Source: an uncultured delta proteobacterium
Lineage (GTDB): Bacteria; Desulfobacterota; Desulfobacteria; Desulfobacterales; QNYZ01
Assembly (NCBI GenBank): GCA_963845145.1
Contig: CAWJQU010000004.1
Span: 224,001 to 288,000 of the forward strand
Length of the DNA: 64,000 bases
Direction of reading: 5' to 3'
Shown piece after piece: positions 47,130 through 57,771 of the stretch. The translations under genes were made by a program, and so were the position numbers. The notes below the pieces were generated by a model. It was not told the origin of the DNA and did no database searches. It saw nothing but the letters and a program-made list of their open reading frames with translations. Position 1 is the stretch's first letter. Each line of letters begins with the position of its first letter.

Positions 47130-48359
47130 TTATTTTTTTCGGACCAGATATTCTTCAATCCGATTACCGTGAACGGTTTTTACAATCACATCGAAATGGT
47201 CTACTTCAATGACTTCTTTCTCTTTGGGGATATGGCCGATCCGGTCTAAAATATACCCCGAAAATGTATCATATTCAGGGGAATCGGGAATATCCATCGG
47301 GACTTTCAGATTGACATCTTCGATATCTGATTTGCCCGGTACCAGCCACTCGTTGCCCTTGATTTTTATAATGTGGGGCGCTTCTTTGTCGGTTTCATCG
47401 GTAATTTCGCCGACCAGCTCCTCTATCACATCCTCCAAAGAGATCAACCCGGATACGCCACCATGTTCGTCCACCACGATGGCCAAATGGCTGCGCCGTT
47501 TTTTAAATTGGGCCAACAGGCTGTCGAGTTTTTTATTTTCCGGTATGAAATAGGGATCGCGCATGACCTTGCGAATATCGATTTCATCGCGACAAACGGC
47601 CTGATGCCCAAACAGATCCTTGATATTGATGATCCCCGCTACGTGGTCGATATCTCCGTCTATAACCGGTACCCGGGTGAATCCCGACTGGCTGACAGCT
47701 TTTAAATCCAAAGGCTTGCCCGCATCGATAACGAACATGTCCGCCCGAGGCGTCATGATCTCCGAGGCGTTGGTATCGTCAAATTCGAACACGTTGTAAA
47801 TCAGATTCCGTTCCTCTTGCTTAATTTCGCCTTCTTCTTCGACCACATCGACAAACGTCATCAGCTCTTTTTCGGTTGCCGTGGGCGTCCTTTTAATTTT
47901 TCCGGTCAAACGTGGAATGAAATTTAAAAAAATCAATACCGGATAAAATACAATGGAGAGCCAGTAAATCGGATAAATGGTCAGTCGGGCGATGAGGATG
48001 TTGTTTCGCGTTGCAACGGATTTGGGAAATACTTCACCGAAAACCAGGATTAATAACGTCATCACCCCTGTGGCCACGCCCACGGCATAAGCAGGAAAAA
48101 ATTTCAGGGTGACGATAGTGGCCAGCGCCGAGGCGCCGACATTGACGACGTTGTTTCCGATTAAAATGGTTGTCAACAGGCGGTGGGGATTGTTCTTCAT
48201 GCGCTGGATCAATAGATCGGTACTGGTGCCTTCTTTAGCAAGGTGGCGAATTTTGGTGCGACTGATGGAAAACATGGCCGTCTCGGCCGAGGAGAAGAAC
48301 CCGGAAAGCAAAAGCAATACCGCTAGTAGTACGATGTCGCTAAACATGGGGGGCAGCAA
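47130..48359 (-). CDS. CNNM (DUF21)-CBS-CorC 'hemolysin-family' membrane protein
   Basis: FFSSAETA, GEVFPK, IMTPR and VVDEHGG motifs; CorC C-terminus. Confidence 0.9.
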   Translation of the reverse strand: MLPPMFSDIVLLAVLLLLSGFFSSAETAMFSISRTKIRHLAKEGTSTDLLIQRMKNNPHRLLTTILIGNNVVNVGASALATIVTLKFFPAYAVGVATGVMTLLILVFGEVFPKSVATRNNILIARLTIYPIYWLSIVFYPVLIFLNFIPRLTGKIKRTPTATEKELMTFVDVVEEEGEIKQEERNLIYNVFEFDDTNASEIMTPRADMFVIDAGKPLDLKAVSQSGFTRVPVIDGDIDHVAGIINIKDLFGHQAVCRDEIDIRKVMRDPYFIPENKKLDSLLAQFKKRRSHLAIVVDEHGGVSGLISLEDVIEELVGEITDETDKEAPHIIKIKGNEWLVPGKSDIEDVNLKVPMDIPDSPEYDTFSGYILDRIGHIPKEKEVIEVDHFDVIVKTVHGNRIEEYLVRKK

Positions 48360-48383
48360 TGGTGGCTAAAAATCTACAATGAA

Positions 48384-48415
48384 ACGGGATTTCGGTTTCG
48401 AGACCAAAATCCCGT
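48384..48415 (-). terminator. Stem-loop downstream of cytochrome c3
   Basis: ACGGGATTTCGGT..ACCAAAATCCCGT followed by TT on the minus strand. Confidence 0.5.
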
Positions 48416-48491
48416 CTTAAGGCTGATCGTAGTAGTGTGAAGATATTATTGCTGCAAGAGCAAAAAAAAACCATTGGGTCTCAATAAAAGA

Positions 48492-48962
48492 TTACTTGGG
48501 ATGGCATAGAACACATCCGGTGGGGCCGGTGGATTTCATCTGCTGCTTGCCGGCCATGGTCATGGCGATTTTTTTATTAACGGTCTTAATCTCTTTGTGA
48601 CAACCGAGGCACAACTCGTGATACGCATTTTTGTAATACAATATCGCGTCATCACCGCTATCGGGCTTGGGCGCTGCAGCCAATTCGTGGCAACCGGATG
48701 TGCTGCAGGATTGAATCGGTTCCTCTCCGGCGCTCCATTGATGATGGCATTCCATGCAGGCAAAGTTAAAGTGCAAATCATGGGGGAAGTCGACTGCCGA
48801 CCGTTTCGCTTCCACCGATTCCGGTGGTGCGAGGGTTATCGTACCCAAAGGAATACACATCTGTTCGCTGTCTGCCGTGGCGTTATCGCTGGCCGTCACA
48901 ATTGAAATGCATCCCACTGCAATAATGGTGATGCATAAAAAAACAGTTACGATCCTATGCAT
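48492..48962 (-). CDS. Tetrahaem cytochrome c3-family protein
   Basis: Signal peptide; FPHDLH; haem motifs CMECHH, CSTSGCH, CLGCH and CVLCH. Confidence 0.9.
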   Translation of the reverse strand: MHRIVTVFLCITIIAVGCISIVTASDNATADSEQMCIPLGTITLAPPESVEAKRSAVDFPHDLHFNFACMECHHQWSAGEEPIQSCSTSGCHELAAAPKPDSGDDAILYYKNAYHELCLGCHKEIKTVNKKIAMTMAGKQQMKSTGPTGCVLCHPK

Positions 48963-49151
48963 TCTCTTCTCCCTGTTGAAATTGAAGCTTTAAATTTTTA
49001 CTAAGCGATTAAAATTAATAATATATCCTATTAGTTACGCTATATATCAAGCCTTTTTTTATCGCCACAAGACAACGGCTCGTGCCGGACGATAAGAGAA
49101 ATTTTTCAACGCCTCCATAGTATGTCTTGGTCAAACATGCAACGATTATTT

Positions 49152-49913
49152 TCATGACAGCGTGTTGAGAAATGGGGTTAAATAGTCCAAAAACGCCTTT
49201 GGTTTCTCCACGGCCATCATGTGGCCGGCGTTTTCAATCAGGTGATACTGGCTTTTTGGTAAATGTTGCTTTAAAAACAACCCATATTTGGGAGGTGTCA
49301 GACGATCTTCGGAAGCGGACAAAACCAGGGCCGGATAGTCAATACGGTTAACAGAGGTGCTGATATCAAACGCATTGCAGGCCAAAAAATCGCCCCGGGT
49401 GACCTCCGGATCGGTCTTTAACATTGCCTCCCGGCTTCCTTCTACCAGTTGGGGGGAGGCTTGGGAGCCAAAAGCCCACCGGCAGATCAAGTCAACCGTT
49501 TGGTCATAATCACGGCCAACCCCTTCTATTATATCCGTATGTACGCGCAAGCGAACGCCGGTTCCCACCAGCACCAAGCCCAAGAGCCAGTCCGGTCGCT
49601 CAAGAGCCAGTGTCAAAACAATGGCCCCGCCCAGGGAATGGCCGGCCAGAATTACCCGGCTAAGGCCCAGCGTTAATATAAAATCGTTGATAAAATCGGC
49701 ATAGTCTTTAATCGACTGTCGGCCCGAACCGGACGATAGGCCATGTCCCGGCAGGTCCAACAGCACGACGCCCGTATTTTCAACCGATCGTAAATCATGC
49801 GGCCAGGATTTATGGGTACTCCCGGATCCATGAATAAACAATACGGCGGTGGCCGCCTGGGCGTTGGTCTGCGTGTAATAAATGGATTCGTTGTTGATAT
49901 CGATGCGAGCCAT
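49152..49913 (-). CDS. Alpha/beta-fold hydrolase
   Basis: FIHGSG, DLPGHG, GHSLGG and AGH motifs. Confidence 0.9.
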   Translation of the reverse strand: MARIDINNESIYYTQTNAQAATAVLFIHGSGSTHKSWPHDLRSVENTGVVLLDLPGHGLSSGSGRQSIKDYADFINDFILTLGLSRVILAGHSLGGAIVLTLALERPDWLLGLVLVGTGVRLRVHTDIIEGVGRDYDQTVDLICRWAFGSQASPQLVEGSREAMLKTDPEVTRGDFLACNAFDISTSVNRIDYPALVLSASEDRLTPPKYGLFLKQHLPKSQYHLIENAGHMMAVEKPKAFLDYLTPFLNTLS

Positions 49914-49931
49914 AAGCCAGGAAGGCAGGGT

Positions 49932-50396
49932 CTAGCCTGATGAAAGATCCACCGCAGGGGCGGCGGCGATAATTCGTACGATTTTGGGTTTATAGGCGTC
50001 TGTTTGAGCCAGTTGATTGCCTTTGGACTTCATAAAGAAAAACGCCCCGACAAAGAACAAGGCTGCCATACCGGGTGATGTCCAGGTCGGATTTAGGCTG
50101 GAAATCGTTCCTGCCCACTGTCCCAAACCGGCACCGGCAAGCATACACAAGATGGGGAAAACATAAATTAGAAAGGAAGCCTTCAAAAGGGAAGCAGAGT
50201 CAATGTTGAGAAGAATGCGGTCTCCTACCTGTGCTTGAACCGGGTTTACGACTTCCACCAGGGTTTCCAGGTGATTATCCTGGGGTGAGCATGAATGCCG
50301 TGCGGAACAGCTTTTACACGCACCGCTTCGTGTGGTTTTTACCATGGCGGTTGTGAGCGAGGGTATCGCTGTAACAATGCCTTCTTCATTGGCCAT
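49932..50396 (-). CDS. RseC/MucC-family membrane protein
   Basis: ACKSCSARHSC, AQVGDRI and IYVFP; two TM helices. Confidence 0.85.
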   Translation of the reverse strand: MANEEGIVTAIPSLTTAMVKTTRSGACKSCSARHSCSPQDNHLETLVEVVNPVQAQVGDRILLNIDSASLLKASFLIYVFPILCMLAGAGLGQWAGTISSLNPTWTSPGMAALFFVGAFFFMKSKGNQLAQTDAYKPKIVRIIAAAPAVDLSSG

Positions 50397-50416
50397 GGTA
50401 AAACCCCCAGTCTGAT

Positions 50417-52555
50417 TCAGCCCGCCACTTGGGTTGCTTCAGCCACCTTGGTATCTTCACTATTGTCTTCACTCGGAAGTGTCACCAAAGCCTCGGACGC
50501 TTCGGTGTGTTGATAACAGATCAGCCCGCATTTGAGGCACCGTTGCGCTTCCGCCTTGGCCAGAGCCTCGTTAAATCCCGTTTCCACCTCTTGGCAATCC
50601 GGCTCATCGCAAAGGGGCATAATCGTTCTTGGTTCTGCCTTTACTTCTTCAACGGCATCCACGTTCTGTATCACGGACACGGGTGTCAATACATTGTCGG
50701 GATGCGTCAGGGGCAGCGCCAGCATGGACTGATGAATAGCGGCGGCGGCCCGACGTCCGGCACCGATGGCTCGAATGGCACCTGAAAAGTCGCTGAGCAC
50801 ATCCCCCTGGGCCAAAAGTCCTTTCTGATCGTGATGGGCGGGATCCTTGAATGACTCAAACGCCTCCCATGCTAAAATATCGGTCTCGGGCTGATTCGCC
50901 GCGTCGGATTCCGCTTCGGTTGCCTCGTCGTCCACTTCCGGCTGGATTCTCGTAAACACCAACTGGGGAAACCGGCCGGTGGCAAGAATCAGGGAATCAG
51001 CAGTTGTCTTTTTGGTTTCAGTACCTTTTTGACCACTATATTCAATATGGGTTAAACGGTTTCCTTCGCCGAATAAACGGGTAATGCCGGTATCAAACAA
51101 GATTTCGACACTGTCGGCCTTGAGCGTCTCTATCTCATCTTCGGTCAGTACCTGCTCAGTTTCCTTTTCCCGGAAAATAGCGGTGATTTTATCCGCCCCC
51201 AGTTGGCGACACTTTTTAGCTGCCTCGATAACCGATGTGCCGCCGCCGGCAATGACGGCATGGGAGCCCATGTTGATTCCGGCGTTGGCATCATCACCGA
51301 AACGCAGCAGGTCAATCATAAGCCACAATCCCGGCACCGGGCTTTCCACTGCGCCGCCGGCACCCCGGGCCAGCCGGCTGTCCCATCCCCCGGTGGCCAG
51401 AAAAACAGCCTCGACATCTTTTTCAAACAGCGAGGAAATGGTTAAATCCCGGCCCAGCACCTGGCCTGTTTCCGCTTTTACCCCCATTTCCAGAACACCT
51501 TCGATGTCCCAGTCGAGAATATCCATGGAGAGCCGATTGGCGGCGATGGCGCTTCGCAGCAGCCCACCCAGCTTGTCCGTGGCTTCATAAAGGACCGTAT
51601 CATGTCCCAGTCGGGCGGTAAAAAAGGCGGTGGACAAGCCTTCCACACCGCCGCCGATGATGGCGACGCTACGGCCGGTGTCCGGGGCTTTATAGGGAAG
51701 AATGCGTTTACCGATCTCTTTTTCATAATCGGCGACGAATCGTTTGAGAAAATTGATTCCCACGGGTTCATCGATCAGTTGACGTCGGCATTCATCTTCA
51801 CAAGGTCGGGGGCAGATACGGCCGATCACCGTGGGGAAGGGATTGCGTTCTTTTATCACCTGGACCGAGCGGTGATAATCGCCCAGGGAAATTTGGTGGA
51901 TATATTCGCAAATATCGATACCCGCCGGGCAGGCCCGCTGGCATGGGGTGGTGCAATCTTCGGTGGTGTATTCCCGAATAATCCGTCGGGTTATCGAAGA
52001 GAGGCTGATAATGTGTTTGGGGCAAACCCGCTCGCAGGCACCGCAACCGGTGCACCGGGTTTCATTGACGACCGGCAATCCTTCCGGCCCCATGCTCAAA
52101 GCGCCGAACTGGCATACTTTGACGCAACTGCCCAAACCGAGGCATCCGATCGAGCAAACCTTCATGCCGCCGCTCAACAATGCCGCCGCCCGGCAATCGC
52201 TCAGCCCGTCGTAGATGTATTTTACATCAGCATCGGCCACGCCGTAGGTGCATCCCGGTTTGGCGATGTCGGGTTCTTTGGCTTCGATGCTCATGCCCAT
52301 GATGGCGGCAATGGCTTCGGCCACATCCGAACCGGCGGCCACACAGGAGTTGGGCGTGGATTTGCCGGCCACAATGGCTTCGGCGTTGGGCCCGCACCCC
52401 GGAAAGCCGCAACCACCGCAATTGGCCCCGGGTAAGGCGTCATCCACGGCTAGGACTTTGGGATCCACGTAGACATAAAAAACTTTAGACGCCACGGCCA
52501 GCCCGATGCCGACGATGACACCCATGATTCCCATGATAATTATTGCTGCTGCCAT
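50417..52555 (-). CDS. RnfB-like Fe-S protein fused to a GltD/SudA-like flavin oxidoreductase module
   Basis: LPGANCGGCGFPGC, CLGLGSCVKVC and CTGCGACERVCP, then PCQRACP, GRICPRPCE, Rossmann-like motifs and EAQRCLKCG. Confidence 0.85.
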   Translation of the reverse strand: MAAAIIIMGIMGVIVGIGLAVASKVFYVYVDPKVLAVDDALPGANCGGCGFPGCGPNAEAIVAGKSTPNSCVAAGSDVAEAIAAIMGMSIEAKEPDIAKPGCTYGVADADVKYIYDGLSDCRAAALLSGGMKVCSIGCLGLGSCVKVCQFGALSMGPEGLPVVNETRCTGCGACERVCPKHIISLSSITRRIIREYTTEDCTTPCQRACPAGIDICEYIHQISLGDYHRSVQVIKERNPFPTVIGRICPRPCEDECRRQLIDEPVGINFLKRFVADYEKEIGKRILPYKAPDTGRSVAIIGGGVEGLSTAFFTARLGHDTVLYEATDKLGGLLRSAIAANRLSMDILDWDIEGVLEMGVKAETGQVLGRDLTISSLFEKDVEAVFLATGGWDSRLARGAGGAVESPVPGLWLMIDLLRFGDDANAGINMGSHAVIAGGGTSVIEAAKKCRQLGADKITAIFREKETEQVLTEDEIETLKADSVEILFDTGITRLFGEGNRLTHIEYSGQKGTETKKTTADSLILATGRFPQLVFTRIQPEVDDEATEAESDAANQPETDILAWEAFESFKDPAHHDQKGLLAQGDVLSDFSGAIRAIGAGRRAAAAIHQSMLALPLTHPDNVLTPVSVIQNVDAVEEVKAEPRTIMPLCDEPDCQEVETGFNEALAKAEAQRCLKCGLICYQHTEASEALVTLPSEDNSEDTKVAEATQVAG

Positions 52556-52777
52556 ATCTTCAACTCCTGTTCACTCAAGACACCGAAAGCCGCTGTTTCG
52601 GGAAAATGGTTTCGGGAAAAATGATATTATCGACCACCGCCATGCATATCCTAAAGCGGGGGTAATATCAAGCGACGAATGCCCGGTTTTTACAACGGGT
52701 TTTTACAACGGGACTTGACATATCATGGCCCAAAAATAGTACAAACCGATGTCGTTGTTTGGGTGAAAAGAATCTAT

Positions 52778-52940
52778 TACCTAAGTTGAGCGATTTTTTG
52801 CGAAGCTATGTGCCAAGATATTGAGATGATAAGGATTTCAAAAAACGGAGGCATACCCGTTGGATATGCCGAGTATTTTTGAAAGCCTTAGCGCTCAATA
52901 GATTGGTGCAGAGCGAGTAAAAAACCGCTCAATTTAGGTA
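52778..52940. repeat. Long-hairpin intergenic element C (163 bp)
   Basis: 24-bp terminal inverted repeat with 3 mismatches (TACCTAAGTTGAGCGATTTTTTGC); pairing continues inward to a GGCATA..TATGCC core. Confidence 0.8.
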
Positions 52941-52974
52941 TTAATTACCGTCATTTGAAACAAAAGGAGCGAAT

Positions 52975-53811
52975 ATGACCCCGGAGCCCTCCCGCTATCG
53001 CCTTCAAGTCGAAGAGGCCTTTGCCTGGATACGCAGCCAATCCGCTCATCGCCCGTTGGTGGGTATTTTAACCGGCACCGGACTGGGGGAGAGTGTCGAC
53101 AGCATGCAAATTCAGGCGGAATTCGGTTATGGGCATATTCCCCATTTCCCTCTTTCCACCGTTCAAAGTCATGCCGGTCGCTTACTGCTCGGCGAAGTAA
53201 GCGGTGTGCCGATGGTGGTCATGCAGGGACGATTTCATCTGTATGAAGGGTATTCGCCCAGCGAGGTCGTTTTTCCCATTCGGGTGATGCAGTTGCTGGG
53301 GGTTAAATATTTGATTATGACCAATGCGGCCGGCGGGCTCAATCCCGATTTCAAGCCCGGGGATATCATGCTGATTGCCGACCACATCAATCTCACCGGT
53401 GCCAATCCATTGGTGGGACATAACGAGGACGATTGGGGGGTGCGTTTTCCGGATATGGGCTTTGCCTACGATCCAGCCTTGATTCGAAAAACCGAATCTT
53501 TGGCCGGTTCATTGGATATTCCGCTTCAGAGAGGTGTATATGCCGGTTTAAAGGGGCCGTCATTGGAAACACCGGCCGAAATTCGGTTTTTGAGGACCGT
53601 CGGCGCGGATGCCGTGGGATTTTCCACGGTCCAGGAGGTTATTGCAGCGGTTCATGGCCGCATGAAAGTATTGGGGCTGTCCATTGTTACCAACGCCCAT
53701 AACCCCGATGCCCCGGAACCGGCCGATGTGGATGATATAATCGCTGTCGCCAACCAAACGGCCCCGACCCTGGGCCGGTTGATTGACGCTGTTATCGCCA
53801 GCCTAAATTGA
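52975..53811 (+). CDS. Purine-nucleoside phosphorylase (trimeric PNP type)
   Basis: LTGTGLG, HAGRL, QGRFHLYEG, TNAAGG and GPSLETPAE motifs. Confidence 0.93.
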   Translation: MTPEPSRYRLQVEEAFAWIRSQSAHRPLVGILTGTGLGESVDSMQIQAEFGYGHIPHFPLSTVQSHAGRLLLGEVSGVPMVVMQGRFHLYEGYSPSEVVFPIRVMQLLGVKYLIMTNAAGGLNPDFKPGDIMLIADHINLTGANPLVGHNEDDWGVRFPDMGFAYDPALIRKTESLAGSLDIPLQRGVYAGLKGPSLETPAEIRFLRTVGADAVGFSTVQEVIAAVHGRMKVLGLSIVTNAHNPDAPEPADVDDIIAVANQTAPTLGRLIDAVIASLN

Positions 53812-53839
53812 GCGATTTTTTCGTTGTCAGGGCCATGCG

Positions 53840-55156
53840 CTAAGCACCGGACACCCAGTTTCGTACCAGAGACGCTTTTTCTTCGGCGGTGGCTAAGACT
53901 TCCATCAGATCGAGCGTTTGCAAATGCCTGTTTTCCATTACAATTCGGCCGTCTATGACCACATGCCGCACATCATGGCCGTTGGCAGCGTAGACTATTT
54001 GGGAGTAAGGATTGTACATAGGGGTCAGATGCGGCTGGTGATTATTGAGAACGATCAGGTCGGCCTGTTTGGCAATCTCGAGCGAGCCGATTTTATCGGC
54101 CATTCCCAGAACTTGCGCCCCACCGATGGTGGCCATTCTGAGAACTGTTTCGGCATTGAGCACCGTCGGGTCCATCGTATGAACTTTGGCCAATTTCGCG
54201 GCCGTGTCCATTTCGCCAAATAGATCGAGATTGTTATTCGAGGCACACCCGTCGGTACCGAGCCCTACCGGAATCGACCGGGAAATGAGGTCACCGACCG
54301 GGGAAATGCCCGAAGCGAGTTTTAAATTGCTCTCCGGGTTGTGAACCACCCGAACCCCGGTTTCGGCCAGTAAGTCCATCTCCGCTGAATTGACATGCAC
54401 CACATGATCGGCGATCAGACGTGGCGTCAATAGCCCCAAAACGGCCAAATGGGCGACGGGTCTCCGGTCATAGCGTTTCACAATCTCATCTGTCTCGGTG
54501 ATCGATTCGGCCAGGTGAATGATCAGGGGGACATCGTATTTTGCTGCCAGTTCATGGGTGTGGACCAGCAGGTCGGGGCTGCAGGTATACAGGGCGTGGG
54601 GTTCCACGGCAATGGAGATCAGGGGGTCTTCCCGCCATTCTTCAATTAATTTTTCGGTATAGGCGAATCCCGCCTCAATAGGGCCGTAGCTGGGTGATGG
54701 AAAATCATATAGCACTTCCCCGACCAGGCAGCGCATCCCAGCCTGATGGGCGGCCCGGGCGACCTCTTCGGTGAATAGATACATGTCGCAAAACGTTGTT
54801 GTGCCTGACGATATCATTTCGGCACAGGCCAATTGCGTGCCGGCAAAGACAAAATCGGCGTCCATTTCCTTTTCCGCCGGAAAAATGTACCGATTCAACC
54901 AGTCCATTAAGGGAAGATCATCGGCCAGCCCCCGAAACAGACTCATGGCCGCATGGGTATGGGCGTTGACCAGTCCAGGTAGAATTAATCCCCCCTCGGC
55001 ATCCATGGTGCGCTCGGCGTCAACACTCACCGATCCGCTGCCCAGATGGGTGATCCGGCCTTTACGAATGCCGATGAACCCATTGTTTAGGACTGAATGA
55101 TCCGGGTCCATGGTCAATATCGTCCCGTTATGAATCAACAGGTCCACTGGTTTCAT
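53840..55156 (-). CDS. MTA/SAH-deaminase-like amidohydrolase (MtaD family)
   Basis: NAHTHAAM, EPHALY, HLAES and GTDGCASNNNLD motifs. Confidence 0.87.
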   Translation of the reverse strand: MKPVDLLIHNGTILTMDPDHSVLNNGFIGIRKGRITHLGSGSVSVDAERTMDAEGGLILPGLVNAHTHAAMSLFRGLADDLPLMDWLNRYIFPAEKEMDADFVFAGTQLACAEMISSGTTTFCDMYLFTEEVARAAHQAGMRCLVGEVLYDFPSPSYGPIEAGFAYTEKLIEEWREDPLISIAVEPHALYTCSPDLLVHTHELAAKYDVPLIIHLAESITETDEIVKRYDRRPVAHLAVLGLLTPRLIADHVVHVNSAEMDLLAETGVRVVHNPESNLKLASGISPVGDLISRSIPVGLGTDGCASNNNLDLFGEMDTAAKLAKVHTMDPTVLNAETVLRMATIGGAQVLGMADKIGSLEIAKQADLIVLNNHQPHLTPMYNPYSQIVYAANGHDVRHVVIDGRIVMENRHLQTLDLMEVLATAEEKASLVRNWVSGA

Positions 55157-55464
55157 GGCATCTCCCTTTCGCTTTGGCGCTTTTTTCCAACCGATTATAA
55201 TTTTCTGCCGTTTTATCCATCTCTTTGATGGTCGTCAACCGACCGGCTTAAAAATATGGTTTGGGTCGACCTGATGACGATAACCGAATTTAGGAATCTT
55301 CATAATTCTTCAATCAAAACCCTTTAAAATAGATTTTACTCGCAATTGCCTTGGGAGATAATTCACGGGATTGACAAATTACGTTCGGCCAGTGCAGACT
55401 TTATTGTAACCGACCATATATTCAGACTGCTACTGACCGATTGATATTTAAGGGGAGGAGATTG

Positions 55465-56778
55465 ATGACCTACGACCTTGTCATCCATAACGGTACCATT
55501 GTAACCGTAAATGAATCGGATGATGTCATCCGCAACGGGCGTGTCTGCATAAAGGATTCACGGCTGGTGGAGGTCGCCGGTTGTCGGAATAATACCCCTT
55601 TACCCAAGGCCGTCGAAACGATTGATGCGGGTGGGGGCCTGATCCTTCCGGGACTGGTCAATACCCATACGCATCTGCCCATGACCCTGTTCAGGGGGCT
55701 GGCTGACGATTTGCCTCTGGATATTTGGCTCAATGAACATATTTTTCCTGCTGAGGGCCGGCATATTCACCCTGCGACAGTTCGGAGCGGTGCCATGCTG
55801 GGTATCTCCGAATTGCTGTTGTCCGGCACAACCACGTGTTGCGATGGCTATTTCCATGAACACGCAGTGGCCGAAGCCATTGCTGTAGCCGGGCTTCGGG
55901 CCGTGGTTGGTCAGGGTGTCATTGATTTCCCCGCCCCCGGCGTTCCCGATCCATCCCAAAATGTTCTTATTGCCGAAACTTTTCTTGAGTGTTGGAAAAC
56001 CCGTGATACCAAGGTCACGCCCTCGGTGTTTTGCCACTCGCCTTACACCTGCAGCGCCAAAACCCTTGAAGCAGCTAAACAATTGGCGGAAGATAATGGT
56101 GTTCTTTTCCAGATCCATGCCGCCGAAACGCGAAACGAAGTGGAACAAAGCCTGGTCGCGCATGGGTTGACCCCCATCGCCCATCTCCATCGTATCGGCT
56201 TGCTGGATAAAAACACATTGTTGGTTCACTGTGTCCATCTCACCGAAGCCGATATTGAACTGATCGCGAAAACCGGAGCAAAAGTGTCACACAATCCCGA
56301 AAGTAACATGAAACTTGCCGCCGGGGTCGCGCCGATTCCCGATCTCTTATCCGCCGGCGTGACCGTGGGGTTGGGGACCGACGGTTGCGCTTCCAACAAC
56401 AATCTCGACCTGTTTGGTGAAATGGACACCATGGCCAAGTTGCACAAGGTGATCAGCGGCGACCCAACGGTTCTCGATGCCCGCACTGTTTTGAAAATGG
56501 CCACCCTTGACGGTGCACGCGCTATCGGGTTGGGAGATGTCACCGGATCCCTCGAAATCGGTAAAAAGGCCGATCTGATCATTTTGGACACATGCCGCCC
56601 GCATTTGACCCCGCTTTATCATCCCCGATCGCACGTGGTTTATGCTGCGCGAGGGAGCGATGTTACGCATACCATCGTGGATGGAAAGATCGTGGTGGCC
56701 GACGGCTGTCTGAAAACAATGGACCTTGAAGGCGTTTTGGAAGAGGTAAACAAGGTTAGTCGGTTGATCTCTTCCTGA
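55465..56778 (+). CDS. MTA/SAH-deaminase-like amidohydrolase (MtaD family), paralogue
   Basis: NTHTHLPM, CHSPYT, HAAET and GTDGCASNNNLD motifs; GGAGGAG RBS. Confidence 0.87.
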   Translation: MTYDLVIHNGTIVTVNESDDVIRNGRVCIKDSRLVEVAGCRNNTPLPKAVETIDAGGGLILPGLVNTHTHLPMTLFRGLADDLPLDIWLNEHIFPAEGRHIHPATVRSGAMLGISELLLSGTTTCCDGYFHEHAVAEAIAVAGLRAVVGQGVIDFPAPGVPDPSQNVLIAETFLECWKTRDTKVTPSVFCHSPYTCSAKTLEAAKQLAEDNGVLFQIHAAETRNEVEQSLVAHGLTPIAHLHRIGLLDKNTLLVHCVHLTEADIELIAKTGAKVSHNPESNMKLAAGVAPIPDLLSAGVTVGLGTDGCASNNNLDLFGEMDTMAKLHKVISGDPTVLDARTVLKMATLDGARAIGLGDVTGSLEIGKKADLIILDTCRPHLTPLYHPRSHVVYAARGSDVTHTIVDGKIVVADGCLKTMDLEGVLEEVNKVSRLISS

Positions 56779-56833
56779 CAGGACCGGTCCAATCAGATCT
56801 TCCATTGGTCAAAACTTCCACCGGTCAAGTTTT

Positions 56834-57331
56834 CTAATAGTTGATTCGTGAGTGCCTTGAGGGCGTATAAGGTGAAAACACATTCACCTGCTTATCAGGC
56901 CCGAATTTAATTCTTGTCATCGTATAGACGGAAAACCAGATACCCATGACGTTGCCGTCGGGGTCGACAATCTCAGCCCCACGCGGCGCTTTAAAGTCGG
57001 AACCGTAAAGCCGGTCGATCAGCCCAGCCAACTGTCCGTTCTCTTTCTGGCCGTCCTGTATTTTAACCGGTTTCCAAAATTTCAAGTCCAGCACGTAATC
57101 CTTTCTTATCCCCACAACGGCATACGGAATAGCTGCCCGTCCCGTATAATAGTAGTTGTACTCTGAAAGAATTTGTTTTTGCCTAAATATACCGGTAATT
57201 TCCGGGCTGGGTCGCAGCCATCCGAAACTTCCGCTGCAGCCGGCAAAAATAAGCACCGTTAAAAGGATCGTTCCCCGATTGAACCATCTGGGACTGATCC
57301 ATCTGGTTTTTATCGAACGCGCTCGTTTCAT
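56834..57331 (-). CDS. Hypothetical lipoprotein
   Basis: GGAGG RBS; hydrophobic stretch ending in lipobox FAGC. Confidence 0.65.
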   Translation of the reverse strand: MKRARSIKTRWISPRWFNRGTILLTVLIFAGCSGSFGWLRPSPEITGIFRQKQILSEYNYYYTGRAAIPYAVVGIRKDYVLDLKFWKPVKIQDGQKENGQLAGLIDRLYGSDFKAPRGAEIVDPDGNVMGIWFSVYTMTRIKFGPDKQVNVFSPYTPSRHSRINY

Positions 57332-57546
57332 CACCGGACCTCCTTTATGGTAATCTATACCCCTAAGTCGGTTGAAAGGCCTATTTCTTACAAATTTCCC
57401 CAATCGACGCCTCGAATTGACATCATAGATTAAGTAAAAACGGTAATGAAAGGCTAAAGGATGCGTTTGGGAGAGATCATTTCCGAAAAGACGAAACCGT
57501 CATCATGTGGCAAAATATAACCCGGTCTACATTCGTGCACCCCGGG

Positions 57547-57771
57547 TCAGGGCTCGAGCCCCTCATCTTGCAAGAGTCGCTCGTCTTTCCAATCTTTATC
57601 GATGCGGTATCTTTTTTTAACGAGAATGCGGTAGGCCAGGACCACCGTGGCGGGGTATTCGGTCCGGCGTTGGCAGAGCTCATTGTAATAGGTTTCGGCC
57701 TCATCGGCGCTGGTGAAAGTCTTTCTTTTGGCTTTTTTGGCATCTCCGATTCGAATCATAACGGAATACAT
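57547..57771 (-). CDS. Hypothetical 74-aa protein
   Basis: TAATG stop/start overlap with the upstream phosphoribosyltransferase gene. Confidence 0.55.
   Translation of the reverse strand: MYSVMIRIGDAKKAKRKTFTSADEAETYYNELCQRRTEYPATVVLAYRILVKKRYRIDKDWKDERLLQDEGLEP

Noticed and set aside
51602..52435. Long antisense ORFs (277 aa here; also 31440-32084, 55600-56238, 22939-23544)
   Set aside because: They are shadows of well-supported genes on the opposite strand and have no motifs.
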